The notes under the pieces are model-generated. The model did not search any database, was not told the origin of the DNA, and saw only the letters and a program-made list of their open reading frames with translations. 64,000 bases of DNA from a virus (Duplodnaviria; Caudoviricetes): positions 21,726 through 85,725 of the IMG/VR virus record IMGVR_UViG_2833436851_000001. One strand, written 5' to 3'. Positions 19,895 through 29,268 of this stretch are shown piece by piece (position 1 is the stretch's first letter; each line of letters opens with the position of its first letter). A program made the translations under genes and the position numbers.

Positions 19895-22800
19895 TTAACC
19901 GTTCCACGAGGCATCGAAGTCATGCACCACGTCGATAAGGGCCTGCGCCATCTGTTCCTTGAAATGCTGGATTTCTGCGGTCTGGCCTTCGGGCGATTTC
20001 AGCAGGTCGATGGTCTCCACGCTCATTAGGTTGGTGATGTTGACGATGACCTGCTTGGGAGCCGCTGAAGACAGCCGCCCCGTACCGGAGTAGTTGCCGC
20101 CCGCACCGCCATCGTCATCCCCGGAAACACCCGTGATGCGGTTGGCATTGAACGGGGAGGTGTCGTTCGAGTCCGGCTCGTTGGCGTAGAGCGCAGCCGA
20201 GAAGCCTGCCTTGCGGAGAATGTTTTCCGCAGCCTCCGAGGAACCGCCGAATACCTGGCGCAGGGTGCCGGAAAGATTTACCAATAGGTGGTGCACGCGC
20301 TGCCGGCCGGCCAGCATCTCCTGACGCTCCTTGTCGGTAGCCTGCGCGTTCAAAGCCTTTTGCACCCACAGCCCGTCTTTGTTCTGCGTAAAGCCGCCAC
20401 GGGTCAGCTCACCGTAGTCGAATCCCGACTTCTCAATCAGGGCACGGGCGCCCGCCATGCTCTCGATGGCATCGAGATAACCTTGTGCCGCCGTGGTGAT
20501 GTGTTTCACGGTGGTGTTGTTTTGATAGGCGGCATAGGTGGGCGTATAGGCCGCAGCCACCTCCGGCAAATCACCGAGAGCGTTGCTGTAAGTAACCTTG
20601 CCGTCACGCTCGAACCAGAAAGGTTTGTCCAGTCCGAGTTTCTTTGAGGCTTCGGCCGCCGTCACCGCCTGTTGCCCGTATTTGAGGGCGATGTTCTCGA
20701 TAAAAGCACGGACCTCCAGCGGGTCGGACATCTTGCCGAACTCGGCATAAGCGGCATTCAGGCGCGACTGGCTGTCGCGGCGGGCAATGGCGGTGATGGC
20801 CTCCCGACTGTCGTCCTGCTGGGCATCCTCCGGACCATATACGTCTAATATCGTAATCATACCGTCAGAGGCACCCACGGCGAAAGTGCCGGCCCAACCG
20901 GCCCACCAGTTTTTGGTAAAGGCTCCAATTTTATGTCCGCTGCTCTCCTCGATGGTCTTGCCGGTAGTCAGGTCGTCCACCGCCTTTTTGGTGTCGATGG
21001 CCTGCTGGTAGGTTTTGTGCAAGGCGGCATACAGGTCTTCGATAACCGGATAGCGGTATTTCTCGTTGGCGGTAATGTCTTCCAGCACGGCATCCTTGGC
21101 TTTCTTGATTTGCCATGTCTTGTAGGCGACCCAGCCCAACGCTCCCACCAATGCGGCGATACCGGCCGTTGCAGCTACGGCGGTCGTACCGATGGCACTC
21201 AAAGAACCGGCGGCACCGACCAAACCGCCGCCCGTAGCGACCTGCGAGGAGAACAGCGAGGAGAATCCGGCACGGGCGGCAAAGGAACCTGCGCCACCTT
21301 GCAGCAAGGCGCGACCCATCGCACCCTTGCCGCTGACTCCGGCTGCCTGCAAGGCCGTGACAAGGGCCCGCTTGTTGGCAAAGGAGAGTGCTTTGATTCC
21401 TCGGGCACTGGTCAGACCCGTCAGACCGGAAACCAGCTCGACAATGGAGTTGCCTGCGGCCTGTTTGCCGATAAAGCCGACCGCAACGCCGACATTGGTC
21501 AGGGCTCCGGCAAGTTTGAACAGCCGCGTGGCGACAAAGCCCGTGAACAGAAGCGGCTCGATCCAGTAAAAGTTACGGGTCATCCACGAAGCGAAGTTGC
21601 CCAGCACGGAGAGCAGGCTCATGACACCCTGCCCGATGGAGGCGAGACCTCGGGCGAACTCGCGGGAATTGAATTTGGCAAGGAAGTCTTTCAGTGTGCT
21701 CCGGATGACCGGCTCGACGAGTTCGTACCCTTGCATGAAGGATTCCGTGAGCTGGGAGGTCATCTGGTACCACAAACCTTTGGTCGTGTCCTGTTTCACT
21801 TGTGCCAGTTCGGAGGAGATGCCCTGTGACGCCCGGTTCTGGGAAGCAAGCGTCCGAAGCTGCCCGTAGTTGCTGACGAACATCATGGCGGCATTGCCTC
21901 CGATTTTGCCGAAGATGGTCTGCATGTCGGCCATCGTCGCCCCTTTCTTGTTCAGGTCCTCGAAGATGTCGGCCAACGGACGCAGCTTCTCCACCTGCTT
22001 GCCGTAGATGTCCTCCATGCGTGTGAATTTCACACCCAGGCGGTCCAACGCCTCCCGTGCCTCTTTGGTGGGCTTAGCGAAGCGGGTGGCCATAGCTCGC
22101 AAAGCCGTACCGGCCATCGTTCCCTTGATACCCATGTTGCCGAGTACGCCGATGGCGGCGGATGCCTCCGTGAAATCGACGCCCGACAGACGCAGGTAAC
22201 CGGCCGCCATCTTGAAGGACTCGGCCATCTCGATGATGTTCACGTTGGAACGCGAGACGGTAGAGGCAAGTATGTCTGCCACCGAGCCCATGCTGGTGTT
22301 CTTGATGTTGTAGCCCGTCTGGATGTTGGTGGCGAGGTCGGCGATCTGCGAGATGTCGTTGTCCCCGATGAGCGCAAGGTTCGTAATCGGGCGGATCGAT
22401 TCGTTGATGGTCTCGATACCCATACCGGCCATACTGAGGAATTTCACCGCACCCGCCACCTCGATGGCCGTGAACTTGGTCTCGACGCCGATGCGGCGCA
22501 CGTACCGGGCCATCCGGTCGAAACGCCCCTCGAAGGTCGCCAGGTCGGAATCGGCAACCCGGAGAATCGAGTGTGCCGATTGCATGATGTTGGAATACTC
22601 GACGGCCTCCGTGAACTGCGTGCGCAGGAAATTATAGGCCATGTAGGCGTTGAGCATACCGGCCATCGGGAGGTTTCGCCACGACGGGGCCTTGGAATAT
22701 TGGATGCGATTGATGGCCGCACGGCGTTTGCTGCCATATACGGAATCCTCGAAAGCTGCCTGACGACGTATGGAGGTTACCGCACGGGCTGCGTTGCGCC

Positions 22801-23767
22801 GCCGCTGGGTCTCCTCGGCCTGACGGCGTCGCTTCTCCGCATTGAGTTCCTCACGTCGGGTGCGCTCGGCAATTTTGCGCAACTCCCGGTCGGCACGCGC
22901 ACGTTCGCTTTCACGTAAGCGTGCGGCACGCTCGGCAGCACGGATCTCCGACATCTGGCGGAAGGTCTCCACCTGTAAGGCGGCTTTCTCTTTGGCCTGC
23001 TGCATGCGTTGACGGTTCTTGGCCTCGTCCGCATAAAGGCGTTTGTTCAGCCCCGCCTGTTCTTTGTCGGAAAGCACGGCCGCTGCGACCGGGGCATACG
23101 GAGGTCGCACGACTGAACCGACAGAGACAGAGGTTGCGGGTGCTGCCGTGTCCAAGTGCAGCGTCATAGTAGCAGCGCCACGGATGTTACCCAAAAGCGA
23201 GAGAATCTCCTGCAAGCGTACACGGGCCGTGTCGGTTTTGATGTTTACTTCACGCCCTTTCTCTAAATGAGCGAGGGCCGAATTGATTTTGCCGATGGAA
23301 CGGGTAACCGTCCGCTGGGTGTCCATGACGCTCTTGACAGCCGAAGCGGCATTTCGTTTCGCTTCGGCCTGCTGCTCGTCCAATTTTTTTTTGCCGACCA
23401 ACTTATTGGTCTGATTGCGGAGCGCACGGCCGTCAATTTTCTCGCCGGGATTGATGGTCAGCCTAATGCCCTGCGTCAGCTCTTTGATTTCGGTCAGCAG
23501 GTTCTTGACACCTTCCAGCCGTTTCTCCGTCTCGCCGGTTCGGATTTCCAGGTCGAAGTTGAAATCCTTCTTCTTGCCGTTCTTTCCCCGAAAAGTCTTT
23601 TCCACGGCCTGCATCATCTCGTTGATGTTGGTCACGACCGGCGCAAAGCTCACACGGCCCTTGCTCAGTTTCTCGACGGCATTGGCAAAGGCGGTGACCT
23701 GCTCGGTTCCTTCCGTGGCATTGACCTTTATATCGTAATAGACTTCGTAATTCTGCGTTTGAGCCAT
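19895..23767 (-). CDS. Tail tape measure protein (TP901-like)
   Basis: Start MAQTQ at 23767; TKFTAIEVAGAVKFLSMAG, GIKGTMAGTALR; Ala-rich helical. Confidence 0.9.
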   Translation of the reverse strand: MAQTQNYEVYYDIKVNATEGTEQVTAFANAVEKLSKGRVSFAPVVTNINEMMQAVEKTFRGKNGKKKDFNFDLEIRTGETEKRLEGVKNLLTEIKELTQGIRLTINPGEKIDGRALRNQTNKLVGKKKLDEQQAEAKRNAASAVKSVMDTQRTVTRSIGKINSALAHLEKGREVNIKTDTARVRLQEILSLLGNIRGAATMTLHLDTAAPATSVSVGSVVRPPYAPVAAAVLSDKEQAGLNKRLYADEAKNRQRMQQAKEKAALQVETFRQMSEIRAAERAARLRESERARADRELRKIAERTRREELNAEKRRRQAEETQRRRNAARAVTSIRRQAAFEDSVYGSKRRAAINRIQYSKAPSWRNLPMAGMLNAYMAYNFLRTQFTEAVEYSNIMQSAHSILRVADSDLATFEGRFDRMARYVRRIGVETKFTAIEVAGAVKFLSMAGMGIETINESIRPITNLALIGDNDISQIADLATNIQTGYNIKNTSMGSVADILASTVSRSNVNIIEMAESFKMAAGYLRLSGVDFTEASAAIGVLGNMGIKGTMAGTALRAMATRFAKPTKEAREALDRLGVKFTRMEDIYGKQVEKLRPLADIFEDLNKKGATMADMQTIFGKIGGNAAMMFVSNYGQLRTLASQNRASQGISSELAQVKQDTTKGLWYQMTSQLTESFMQGYELVEPVIRSTLKDFLAKFNSREFARGLASIGQGVMSLLSVLGNFASWMTRNFYWIEPLLFTGFVATRLFKLAGALTNVGVAVGFIGKQAAGNSIVELVSGLTGLTSARGIKALSFANKRALVTALQAAGVSGKGAMGRALLQGGAGSFAARAGFSSLFSSQVATGGGLVGAAGSLSAIGTTAVAATAGIAALVGALGWVAYKTWQIKKAKDAVLEDITANEKYRYPVIEDLYAALHKTYQQAIDTKKAVDDLTTGKTIEESSGHKIGAFTKNWWAGWAGTFAVGASDGMITILDVYGPEDAQQDDSREAITAIARRDSQSRLNAAYAEFGKMSDPLEVRAFIENIALKYGQQAVTAAEASKKLGLDKPFWFERDGKVTYSNALGDLPEVAAAYTPTYAAYQNNTTVKHITTAAQGYLDAIESMAGARALIEKSGFDYGELTRGGFTQNKDGLWVQKALNAQATDKERQEMLAGRQRVHHLLVNLSGTLRQVFGGSSEAAENILRKAGFSAALYANEPDSNDTSPFNANRITGVSGDDDGGAGGNYSGTGRLSSAAPKQVIVNITNLMSVETIDLLKSPEGQTAEIQHFKEQMAQALIDVVHDFDASWNG

Positions 23768-23821
23768 GAATAGCGTGTTTACATCCGTTGAAAGAATAGC
23801 CCTTTTCGGCTGCCGGGGACT

Positions 23822-23860
23822 GAAAAGGAAAGCCCCGCAGTCACAAGGGCTGCGAGGCTT
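23822..23860 (-). terminator. Rho-independent terminator after the tail chaperone
   Basis: - strand AAGCCTCGCAGCC...GACTGCGGGGCTT followed by TCCTTTT. Confidence 0.6.
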
Positions 23861-23871
23861 CGGGAAGCGGA

Positions 23872-24066
23872 TCAGGGAGACGGCGGTTGCAGGGTCAGAC
23901 GGGAGACGAGCACCTGCTGGTGAAGCCACAGCGCCTCCTCGGAAAGCATGGCGAACTCCTCGTCTGTGATGCTGTCAAGATGAACACCCGGAAAGTAGTG
24001 GCGGATATAGATCAGCCGCTGACGAATCCGCTGGTCGTCACGTACCGCCCAGGTGTCTATCAGTTT
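23872..24066 (-). CDS. Frameshift extension of tail assembly chaperone (GT-like)
   Basis: -1 frame open across the chaperone stop: KLIDTWAVRDDQRIRQRLIYIRHYFPGVHLDSITDEEFAMLSEEALWLHQQ...; no early ATG. Confidence 0.65.
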   Translation of the reverse strand, partial: KLIDTWAVRDDQRIRQRLIYIRHYFPGVHLDSITDEEFAMLSEEALWLHQQVLVSRLTLQPPSP

Positions 24067-24413
24067 ACCAGCAGGCTCTGACGGGTGGTGATGATCTCTG
24101 AAAGTTGTGACATCAGACCGAAGAGGAACAGCGATTCGTTGTCCACCAGCTCCTTATCGCCGTCGAGGAAGCAGTCGCGGGCGAGCTGACGCATGGCGTT
24201 CACCTCGTCCTTCTTCGATGCCGCCATGAACTTCGAGAATTGCGGGAAGGTCGGTTCACCCATGTAGGCGACGTAGAACTCTTTCTCGCCACAATCCGTA
24301 TCGCCGAACACGACCATCGGATAGACCTTGCGGACTTTCTTCTCGGCTTTCAGCGCGGCCGCTTTCTCCTTAATCTGGGCTTCCTGCTCCAGTGTAAGAT
24401 TCTTATCTTCCAT
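24060..24413 (-). CDS. Tail assembly chaperone (G-like)
   Basis: 117 aa, upstream of tape measure, ends at G-GTA-AAC-TGA. Confidence 0.75.
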   Translation of the reverse strand: MEDKNLTLEQEAQIKEKAAALKAEKKVRKVYPMVVFGDTDCGEKEFYVAYMGEPTFPQFSKFMAASKKDEVNAMRQLARDCFLDGDKELVDNESLFLFGLMSQLSEIITTRQSLLVN

Positions 24414-24557
24414 TTCTGCGTGATATTTGGTTACAAAAAGGAATAGCGGCTTTATCGCTTCAACGGGTGTAAATCGGGGAAATATTTCGATAAAATACAG
24501 AAATTAGAAAGATATTGCTTATATTTGCGGAAAATCTACATATAACGACGATATTAT

Positions 24558-25802
24558 ATGATTATTCAGTTCACAGTTGAAAATTTCCTTTCATTCAAGG
24601 AGGCGGCGACACTTTCGTTGGCAGCTTCGGCTTTGAAGGAAAAACAAACCTCGTCGGAGGACATCGTTTTTGAACTGACCGGAACGAATCTTTCTTTGCT
24701 GAAAAGTGCCGTTGTGTACGGAGCCAATGCCAGCGGAAAGTCCAATTTGATAAAGGCTCTTGATTTCTTCAAGTGGTTTGTCATCAACTCGTCCAAAGGC
24801 GTGCAGTCCGGTGAGCGCATACAGCAGGTGGAAAGTTTTCGTCTCAACCGCAGTACAGAGAATGAACCCAGCTATTTCGAGGCTGTCTTTGCGGATGAAC
24901 AGTCCCAGTACCGGTACGGTTTCGAAGTGGATGAGAAACGGGTTTACAGAGAATGGCTTTACCAAAAGAGCAATAAGAAAAAGGCAAAGGAAGTCGAGTT
25001 GTTCCTGCGCAACCTGGATGAGTATGAATTGCATCCGAAATTTGCCGTCGGGAAAGAGGTGGTTGCTAAAAAGATGGTGCGCGACAATGCACTGTTGTTG
25101 TCCGTAGCCGCGCAATTCAATGAAACCGTTTCGGTGGAAATCATGGAGTGGCTGGCCAATACGACCATCGTGCTGGGGAGCAGTGACGAGCGGATATGGA
25201 AAATGGCAACCCAGCAAATCGATAATCCCGAAATGAAGCAGCGTATTGTCGAGTTTGCCCAATTTGCCGATTTCGGAATAGACGACATCCGCAAGGTTGA
25301 TAATACGGTCATCAGTTCGCATCAGCAGTATGACGAAACGGGAAAAGCCACGAAAATGGTCACTTTCCCGTTCCGGAAGAACGAATCGGAAGGCACAATC
25401 AAGTATTTTTCATTGGCCTATCCGATTATTGACGCGTTGGATCACGGCAAACGGCTGGTCATCGACGAGTTCGACTCGAAGATGCACCCGCTGCTGACCT
25501 GTAAAATCATTGCGCTCTTCAACTCCCGGCTGACGAACTCCAAAAATGCACAGTTGATTTTTACGACGCATGATACGAACCTGTTGAATGCAAATCTGTT
25601 CCGCAGGGATCAGGTGTGGTTTACCCAAAAAGATTCGCTGGGGGCGTCGGAGTTGTATTCGCTGGCAGAGTACAAAGTGCGCAATAGTGCGCCTTTTGAG
25701 AAAGAGTATCTCATGGGGAAATATGGTGGTGTGCCTATCGTTGGCCAATTCGAGCGTTTGTTTGACCAGAAAGAAGAGACGGAAGATGGCACGGATGAAT
25801 AA
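24558..25802 (+). CDS. AAA_21/ABC-type ATPase (RloA/AbiLi-like)
   Basis: Walker A YGANASGKSN, signature ESEGT, Walker B LVIDEFD, FTTHD; TATATTTG promoter element at 24520-24527. Confidence 0.88.
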   Translation: MIIQFTVENFLSFKEAATLSLAASALKEKQTSSEDIVFELTGTNLSLLKSAVVYGANASGKSNLIKALDFFKWFVINSSKGVQSGERIQQVESFRLNRSTENEPSYFEAVFADEQSQYRYGFEVDEKRVYREWLYQKSNKKKAKEVELFLRNLDEYELHPKFAVGKEVVAKKMVRDNALLLSVAAQFNETVSVEIMEWLANTTIVLGSSDERIWKMATQQIDNPEMKQRIVEFAQFADFGIDDIRKVDNTVISSHQQYDETGKATKMVTFPFRKNESEGTIKYFSLAYPIIDALDHGKRLVIDEFDSKMHPLLTCKIIALFNSRLTNSKNAQLIFTTHDTNLLNANLFRRDQVWFTQKDSLGASELYSLAEYKVRNSAPFEKEYLMGKYGGVPIVGQFERLFDQKEETEDGTDE

Positions 25803-26415
25803 ACGAGATCCACGGGTTGCCCGTAATCTTCGGCGGGTAAGTTTTGTCCGGGACGTCAAGCAAACCTTTCTGATTGTGTGCGAGGGTGTGAATACCGAAC
25901 CTGACTATTTCAATGCTTTCCGTCTGACATCAGCCAACATTAAGGCTGTCGGACAAGGCATCAATACGGTCGGCCTTGTGCAGAAAGCTCTTCGGATAAG
26001 GGAAGAAGAACGGAAGAAAGGTCGTATCTATGACCAATGCTGGGTAGTATTCGATAAGGATGATTTTCCGGATAACGATTTCAATCGTGCAATAGCATTG
26101 GCTCAAACTGGTGGAATGAAGGTGGCATATAGCAACCAGGCATTTGAATACTGGTTCCTGTTGCACTATAACCTGTTTCAAGGACCGATGCACCGAAACC
26201 TGTACGCCGAAAAGCTGAGCGGATTGCTGGGGATAGCATATAGCAAAGAAGCCGGATTTGCCGGTCAGGTATTTCGAGTGCTGGCTGACAAACAGGACCA
26301 AGCGATACGGAATGCCAAAGCCATCATGCGCCAAATGGAAAACGTACCGCCGGCACAGGCTGAATCATCCACAACAGTACATCTTCTTGTCGAAGAGTTG
26401 AACAAATATGTATAA
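25786..26415 (+). CDS. RloB-family (AbiLii-like) TOPRIM protein
   Basis: Start MARMNK at 25786; IVCEGVNTEPDYF, WVVFDKD, SNQAFEYWFLLH. Confidence 0.85.
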   Translation: MARMNKRDPRVARNLRRVSFVRDVKQTFLIVCEGVNTEPDYFNAFRLTSANIKAVGQGINTVGLVQKALRIREEERKKGRIYDQCWVVFDKDDFPDNDFNRAIALAQTGGMKVAYSNQAFEYWFLLHYNLFQGPMHRNLYAEKLSGLLGIAYSKEAGFAGQVFRVLADKQDQAIRNAKAIMRQMENVPPAQAESSTTVHLLVEELNKYV

Positions 26416-26423
26416 TCGGAGGT

Positions 26424-26469
26424 TGTACAAACTTACCGCACTTTTGAAAATTTGTGGTAAGTTTGTACA
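26424..26469 (+). terminator. Inverted repeat after the RloB gene
   Basis: TGTACAAACTTACCGCA (26424-26440) pairs with TGTGGTAAGTTTGTACA (26453-26469). Confidence 0.6.
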
Positions 26470-26532
26470 GTTTTCAGACCAAAACGAAAGATTGCCTTAG
26501 CGCAATCATTACTATAATAAAATAGCTAAAAT

Positions 26533-26581
26533 AGAAAAATATCGCCGCTGTATGAAGGAATTTTACATACAGCGGCGATAT
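26533..26581 (-). terminator. Terminator of the sheath-tube-methylase operon
   Basis: 16 bp stem ATATCGCCGCTGTATG/CATACAGCGGCGATAT followed by a T-run on - strand. Confidence 0.65.
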
Positions 26582-26583
26582 GA

Positions 26584-27066
26584 TTAGATTTTCACCAATT
26601 TACCTTCAATACCGCAGCGTTCCAGCACTGCGGTATTTTCTTTGTCGAAAGCAATCAGGCAGGACGGAGCGCCTGCCGTGCCTCCCTGCTCTCCTGTCAC
26701 GTGATAGAAACTCAGCCGTCCTTTAATAAACAAGATGGAATCCGCATTCGGAAACACCAGCTCATGGAATAACCGTGTGTCTGTTCGCGCAAAAGTCAAG
26801 GCAACGGCATTGCGGTGTTCCACGCAACGTCTGATAAACTGTACGATGAGTGCCGTATCATACGGAGGATTGCAGAACACACGTCCGAACCATTGCTGTT
26901 TGAGCCCGTCATCTTCGATGGTATAATGGTGTGCCGCTGTATTCCACGGTCGGTTCACGGGAGCGCAAGGGTCCAAATCGAACGGCCCCAACCGCCGCAG
27001 AATATGTGGCGGTGTGAGCCATTCGTTTTTCCCTGTCGAGGATTTTCCTTCGAAAGTTACATCCAT
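26584..27066 (-). CDS. Phage DNA N6-adenine methyltransferase (Dam_phage-like)
   Basis: EWLTPP, FDLDPCA, VFCNPPY, ARTDT, FIKGRL. Confidence 0.85.
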   Translation of the reverse strand: MDVTFEGKSSTGKNEWLTPPHILRRLGPFDLDPCAPVNRPWNTAAHHYTIEDDGLKQQWFGRVFCNPPYDTALIVQFIRRCVEHRNAVALTFARTDTRLFHELVFPNADSILFIKGRLSFYHVTGEQGGTAGAPSCLIAFDKENTAVLERCGIEGKLVKI

Positions 27067-27072
27067 AACCTC

Positions 27073-27528
27073 CTAAATAGTATCCCCGTCACCGATCTGG
27101 ATATCAAAGGGATTGAGGTCGAATTCATGCACGATATTGGTATCGTCCTGCTGGCTCTCCATGCCGTCCTCGCTGAAGATACAGCCTTTCAGCGTGACGG
27201 TGGTGGTCGTCCAGTCATCGCTGGCCATCGGGTTGGCGAACGAGATGATCAGATCGAACTCTCCGATGTCCATCAGACTGCCGTAGGTCGAGCGCAGGGT
27301 TTGCTGCGTGGCATAGTCCATCGTGATGCTCGCCGTGTAGGAGATGTTTCCGAAACCCCGGCTGACCGGTTTTCCGCCCAGACCGTAGTTGGGCTCGATT
27401 TTGCGTTTCTTGCTCCATTTGATACCCGAAACGCCTTCGAGTACAGTGGAGCCTTCCTCGATTCCCAGAGCCGTACTGGCTAAGGTAATCATCGACCAAG
27501 AGTATGCGACGTTGTTTATAATTGCCAT
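27073..27528 (-). CDS. Tail tube protein
   Basis: 151 aa after sheath; INNVAYSW, YGLGGKPVSRGFGN. Confidence 0.8.
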   Translation of the reverse strand: MAIINNVAYSWSMITLASTALGIEEGSTVLEGVSGIKWSKKRKIEPNYGLGGKPVSRGFGNISYTASITMDYATQQTLRSTYGSLMDIGEFDLIISFANPMASDDWTTTTVTLKGCIFSEDGMESQQDDTNIVHEFDLNPFDIQIGDGDTI

Positions 27529-27536
27529 GTTTACAT

Positions 27537-28880
27537 CTATTTAGCGGTTAGTGATAAGCCTTCCTCGACATAGATTTTCACGGCCACGCCGACGGGTACG
27601 ATGACGTAGCTGATGCGCAGCGTATCGTCCACCAGTACGTTCTGGTTAGGGTCGATGGTCACGGCATAGCCGCTGATCTCCTGCGCTGCCTGCATCTTGG
27701 CCAGTATGTCACCGATCAGGGTCTTGAAGGCCGTAATCTTTGAGGGTGCGAGAAAGCCCGTTGCAGGGTTCACCATCAGAGGGCTGTGCAGATACGGCAG
27801 CAAGGCTTCGCGCACGGCACGGCGGCTCTTGTTGATGGTACGGTTGCGGGCGATGGTGCGGTAGTCCCCGTTGGAGCAGGTCTGGTCTTTGGAGATGTAA
27901 ATGCCGTTCTCCCGACCCGAATACTTGATGGGGAAAATGTATCCCTTGTCATCCAGCTCGTCCAGCAACACCGGCGAGAGGGATTCGTACAGGTTGGTCG
28001 ATACGAACTCATCTTCGGCATCGAGCGTGAGGTCTCCGAACCCGAGCTCAATCTGCTGGAAGTCGTCGGCAAAGAGGTTGAACTGACGCACCCAGGCGAT
28101 GGACTCGTGAACGCTCGCCTTGGCAAGAGCGCCCATGACAGCACCCAGAAAACCGACCGGCGTATGGTTCGGGTTGCGGTACTGGATTGTCGTGTTCTGG
28201 TCGTTTCGTGCCTGGCCGAAGATGACGCTGGTACGCGACGATTCACAGATAGCCGACGGAATGCGGTTCAGGTCGATGACCTTCGCCTCTTCCGTATCGC
28301 CACCCGTGTTGGCGGGGTTGGCACACAGCACCACTGACAGGGGCTGGTTCAGCTCGGCCAGAGCCACCGCCTTGTCGTTGATGCCTTTGACGAGGTTCAG
28401 GTTGTATTTCTCCTGCTCGCCGTTGAGTTTCCACAGCGGCTGCTCGGTCCAGATGCCCACCTGCGAGATGAGCCCGTCTGCGGCACGCTGCATCACATCG
28501 AGGGCGTCCCAGTTCTCGGAGCAGTCCGCGAACATGACGTACAGCCGGCCCGGTCCGTCGATGTTGCCGCTCATGCGGAAGAACTCGCGGATGTGGTAGG
28601 CCGGAATGCCGAACAGGAAGTTTTCGTTCGTCTCTTCGTCAAGGTCGCACGCGACACGTTCCTTGATGCCGAAGTCCTGCACGGAGGATTTACGGCTGGT
28701 GATGCAGATGACATCGCCCAGTGCCACGTTCGCCTCGTTGCTTTTCCCGTAGCCGGCGGTAAAGAGGTCGGGCTGTCCCGATACGTCGAACAGCAGGCCC
28801 GTGATTTTCTCGTTGCTTGCGGATGCGGCATACGGCAGATTGCCGTCCACATCCTTGATGATTACATTGCCTAATGCCAT
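27537..28880 (-). CDS. Tail sheath protein (DUF2586-like)
   Basis: 447 aa; LDDKGYIF, DYRTIARNRTINKSRR, IDPNQNVL. Confidence 0.8.
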   Translation of the reverse strand: MALGNVIIKDVDGNLPYAASASNEKITGLLFDVSGQPDLFTAGYGKSNEANVALGDVICITSRKSSVQDFGIKERVACDLDEETNENFLFGIPAYHIREFFRMSGNIDGPGRLYVMFADCSENWDALDVMQRAADGLISQVGIWTEQPLWKLNGEQEKYNLNLVKGINDKAVALAELNQPLSVVLCANPANTGGDTEEAKVIDLNRIPSAICESSRTSVIFGQARNDQNTTIQYRNPNHTPVGFLGAVMGALAKASVHESIAWVRQFNLFADDFQQIELGFGDLTLDAEDEFVSTNLYESLSPVLLDELDDKGYIFPIKYSGRENGIYISKDQTCSNGDYRTIARNRTINKSRRAVREALLPYLHSPLMVNPATGFLAPSKITAFKTLIGDILAKMQAAQEISGYAVTIDPNQNVLVDDTLRISYVIVPVGVAVKIYVEEGLSLTAK

Positions 28881-28892
28881 ATAGCCTGCGTG

Positions 28893-29189
28893 TTATGATT
28901 TATAATAGGGATTCTTGTAGAGGATGGCCTTGCCCCGGATGGCCGGAGCGGTCTGCGGCGTGTACATGCTGCCATCGGCATCGATGTAGAGTTCCTTGTA
29001 GTCGGGGAACTTGCCGAGGATGGCCAACGCGGCGGCAGGAATCTCGGCCGCCGCTTTCGGCGCCTGTTCTTTCTTCGGGGATTTCTCGGTCGCCGTATCT
29101 TTCTCTCCGGTCGTTGTCGTAGGTGCTGCGACTGTCGCATCCGGCTGGGCGGTATCTGTTTCAGGAATGGTCGTTTGAGTCTTTGCCAT
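28893..29189 (-). CDS. Hypothetical virion protein
   Basis: 98 aa, low-complexity N-terminus, between capsid and sheath. Confidence 0.65.
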   Translation of the reverse strand: MAKTQTTIPETDTAQPDATVAAPTTTTGEKDTATEKSPKKEQAPKAAAEIPAAALAILGKFPDYKELYIDADGSMYTPQTAPAIRGKAILYKNPYYKS

Positions 29190-29268
29190 AGATATTGCGG
29201 TATGAAAAAGGGGGATGGAGTATGGTGTCCATCCCCCGCACGTTGATATTCGGTGATTCGGTAAAGGG

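Noticed and set aside
23768-23929. N-terminal extensions in the ORF track (tape measure; also ORFs starting at 1432, 11004, 13722, 25588, 40768)
   Set aside because: They overlap terminators, promoters or neighbouring genes; downstream ATGs with AT-rich leaders fit better
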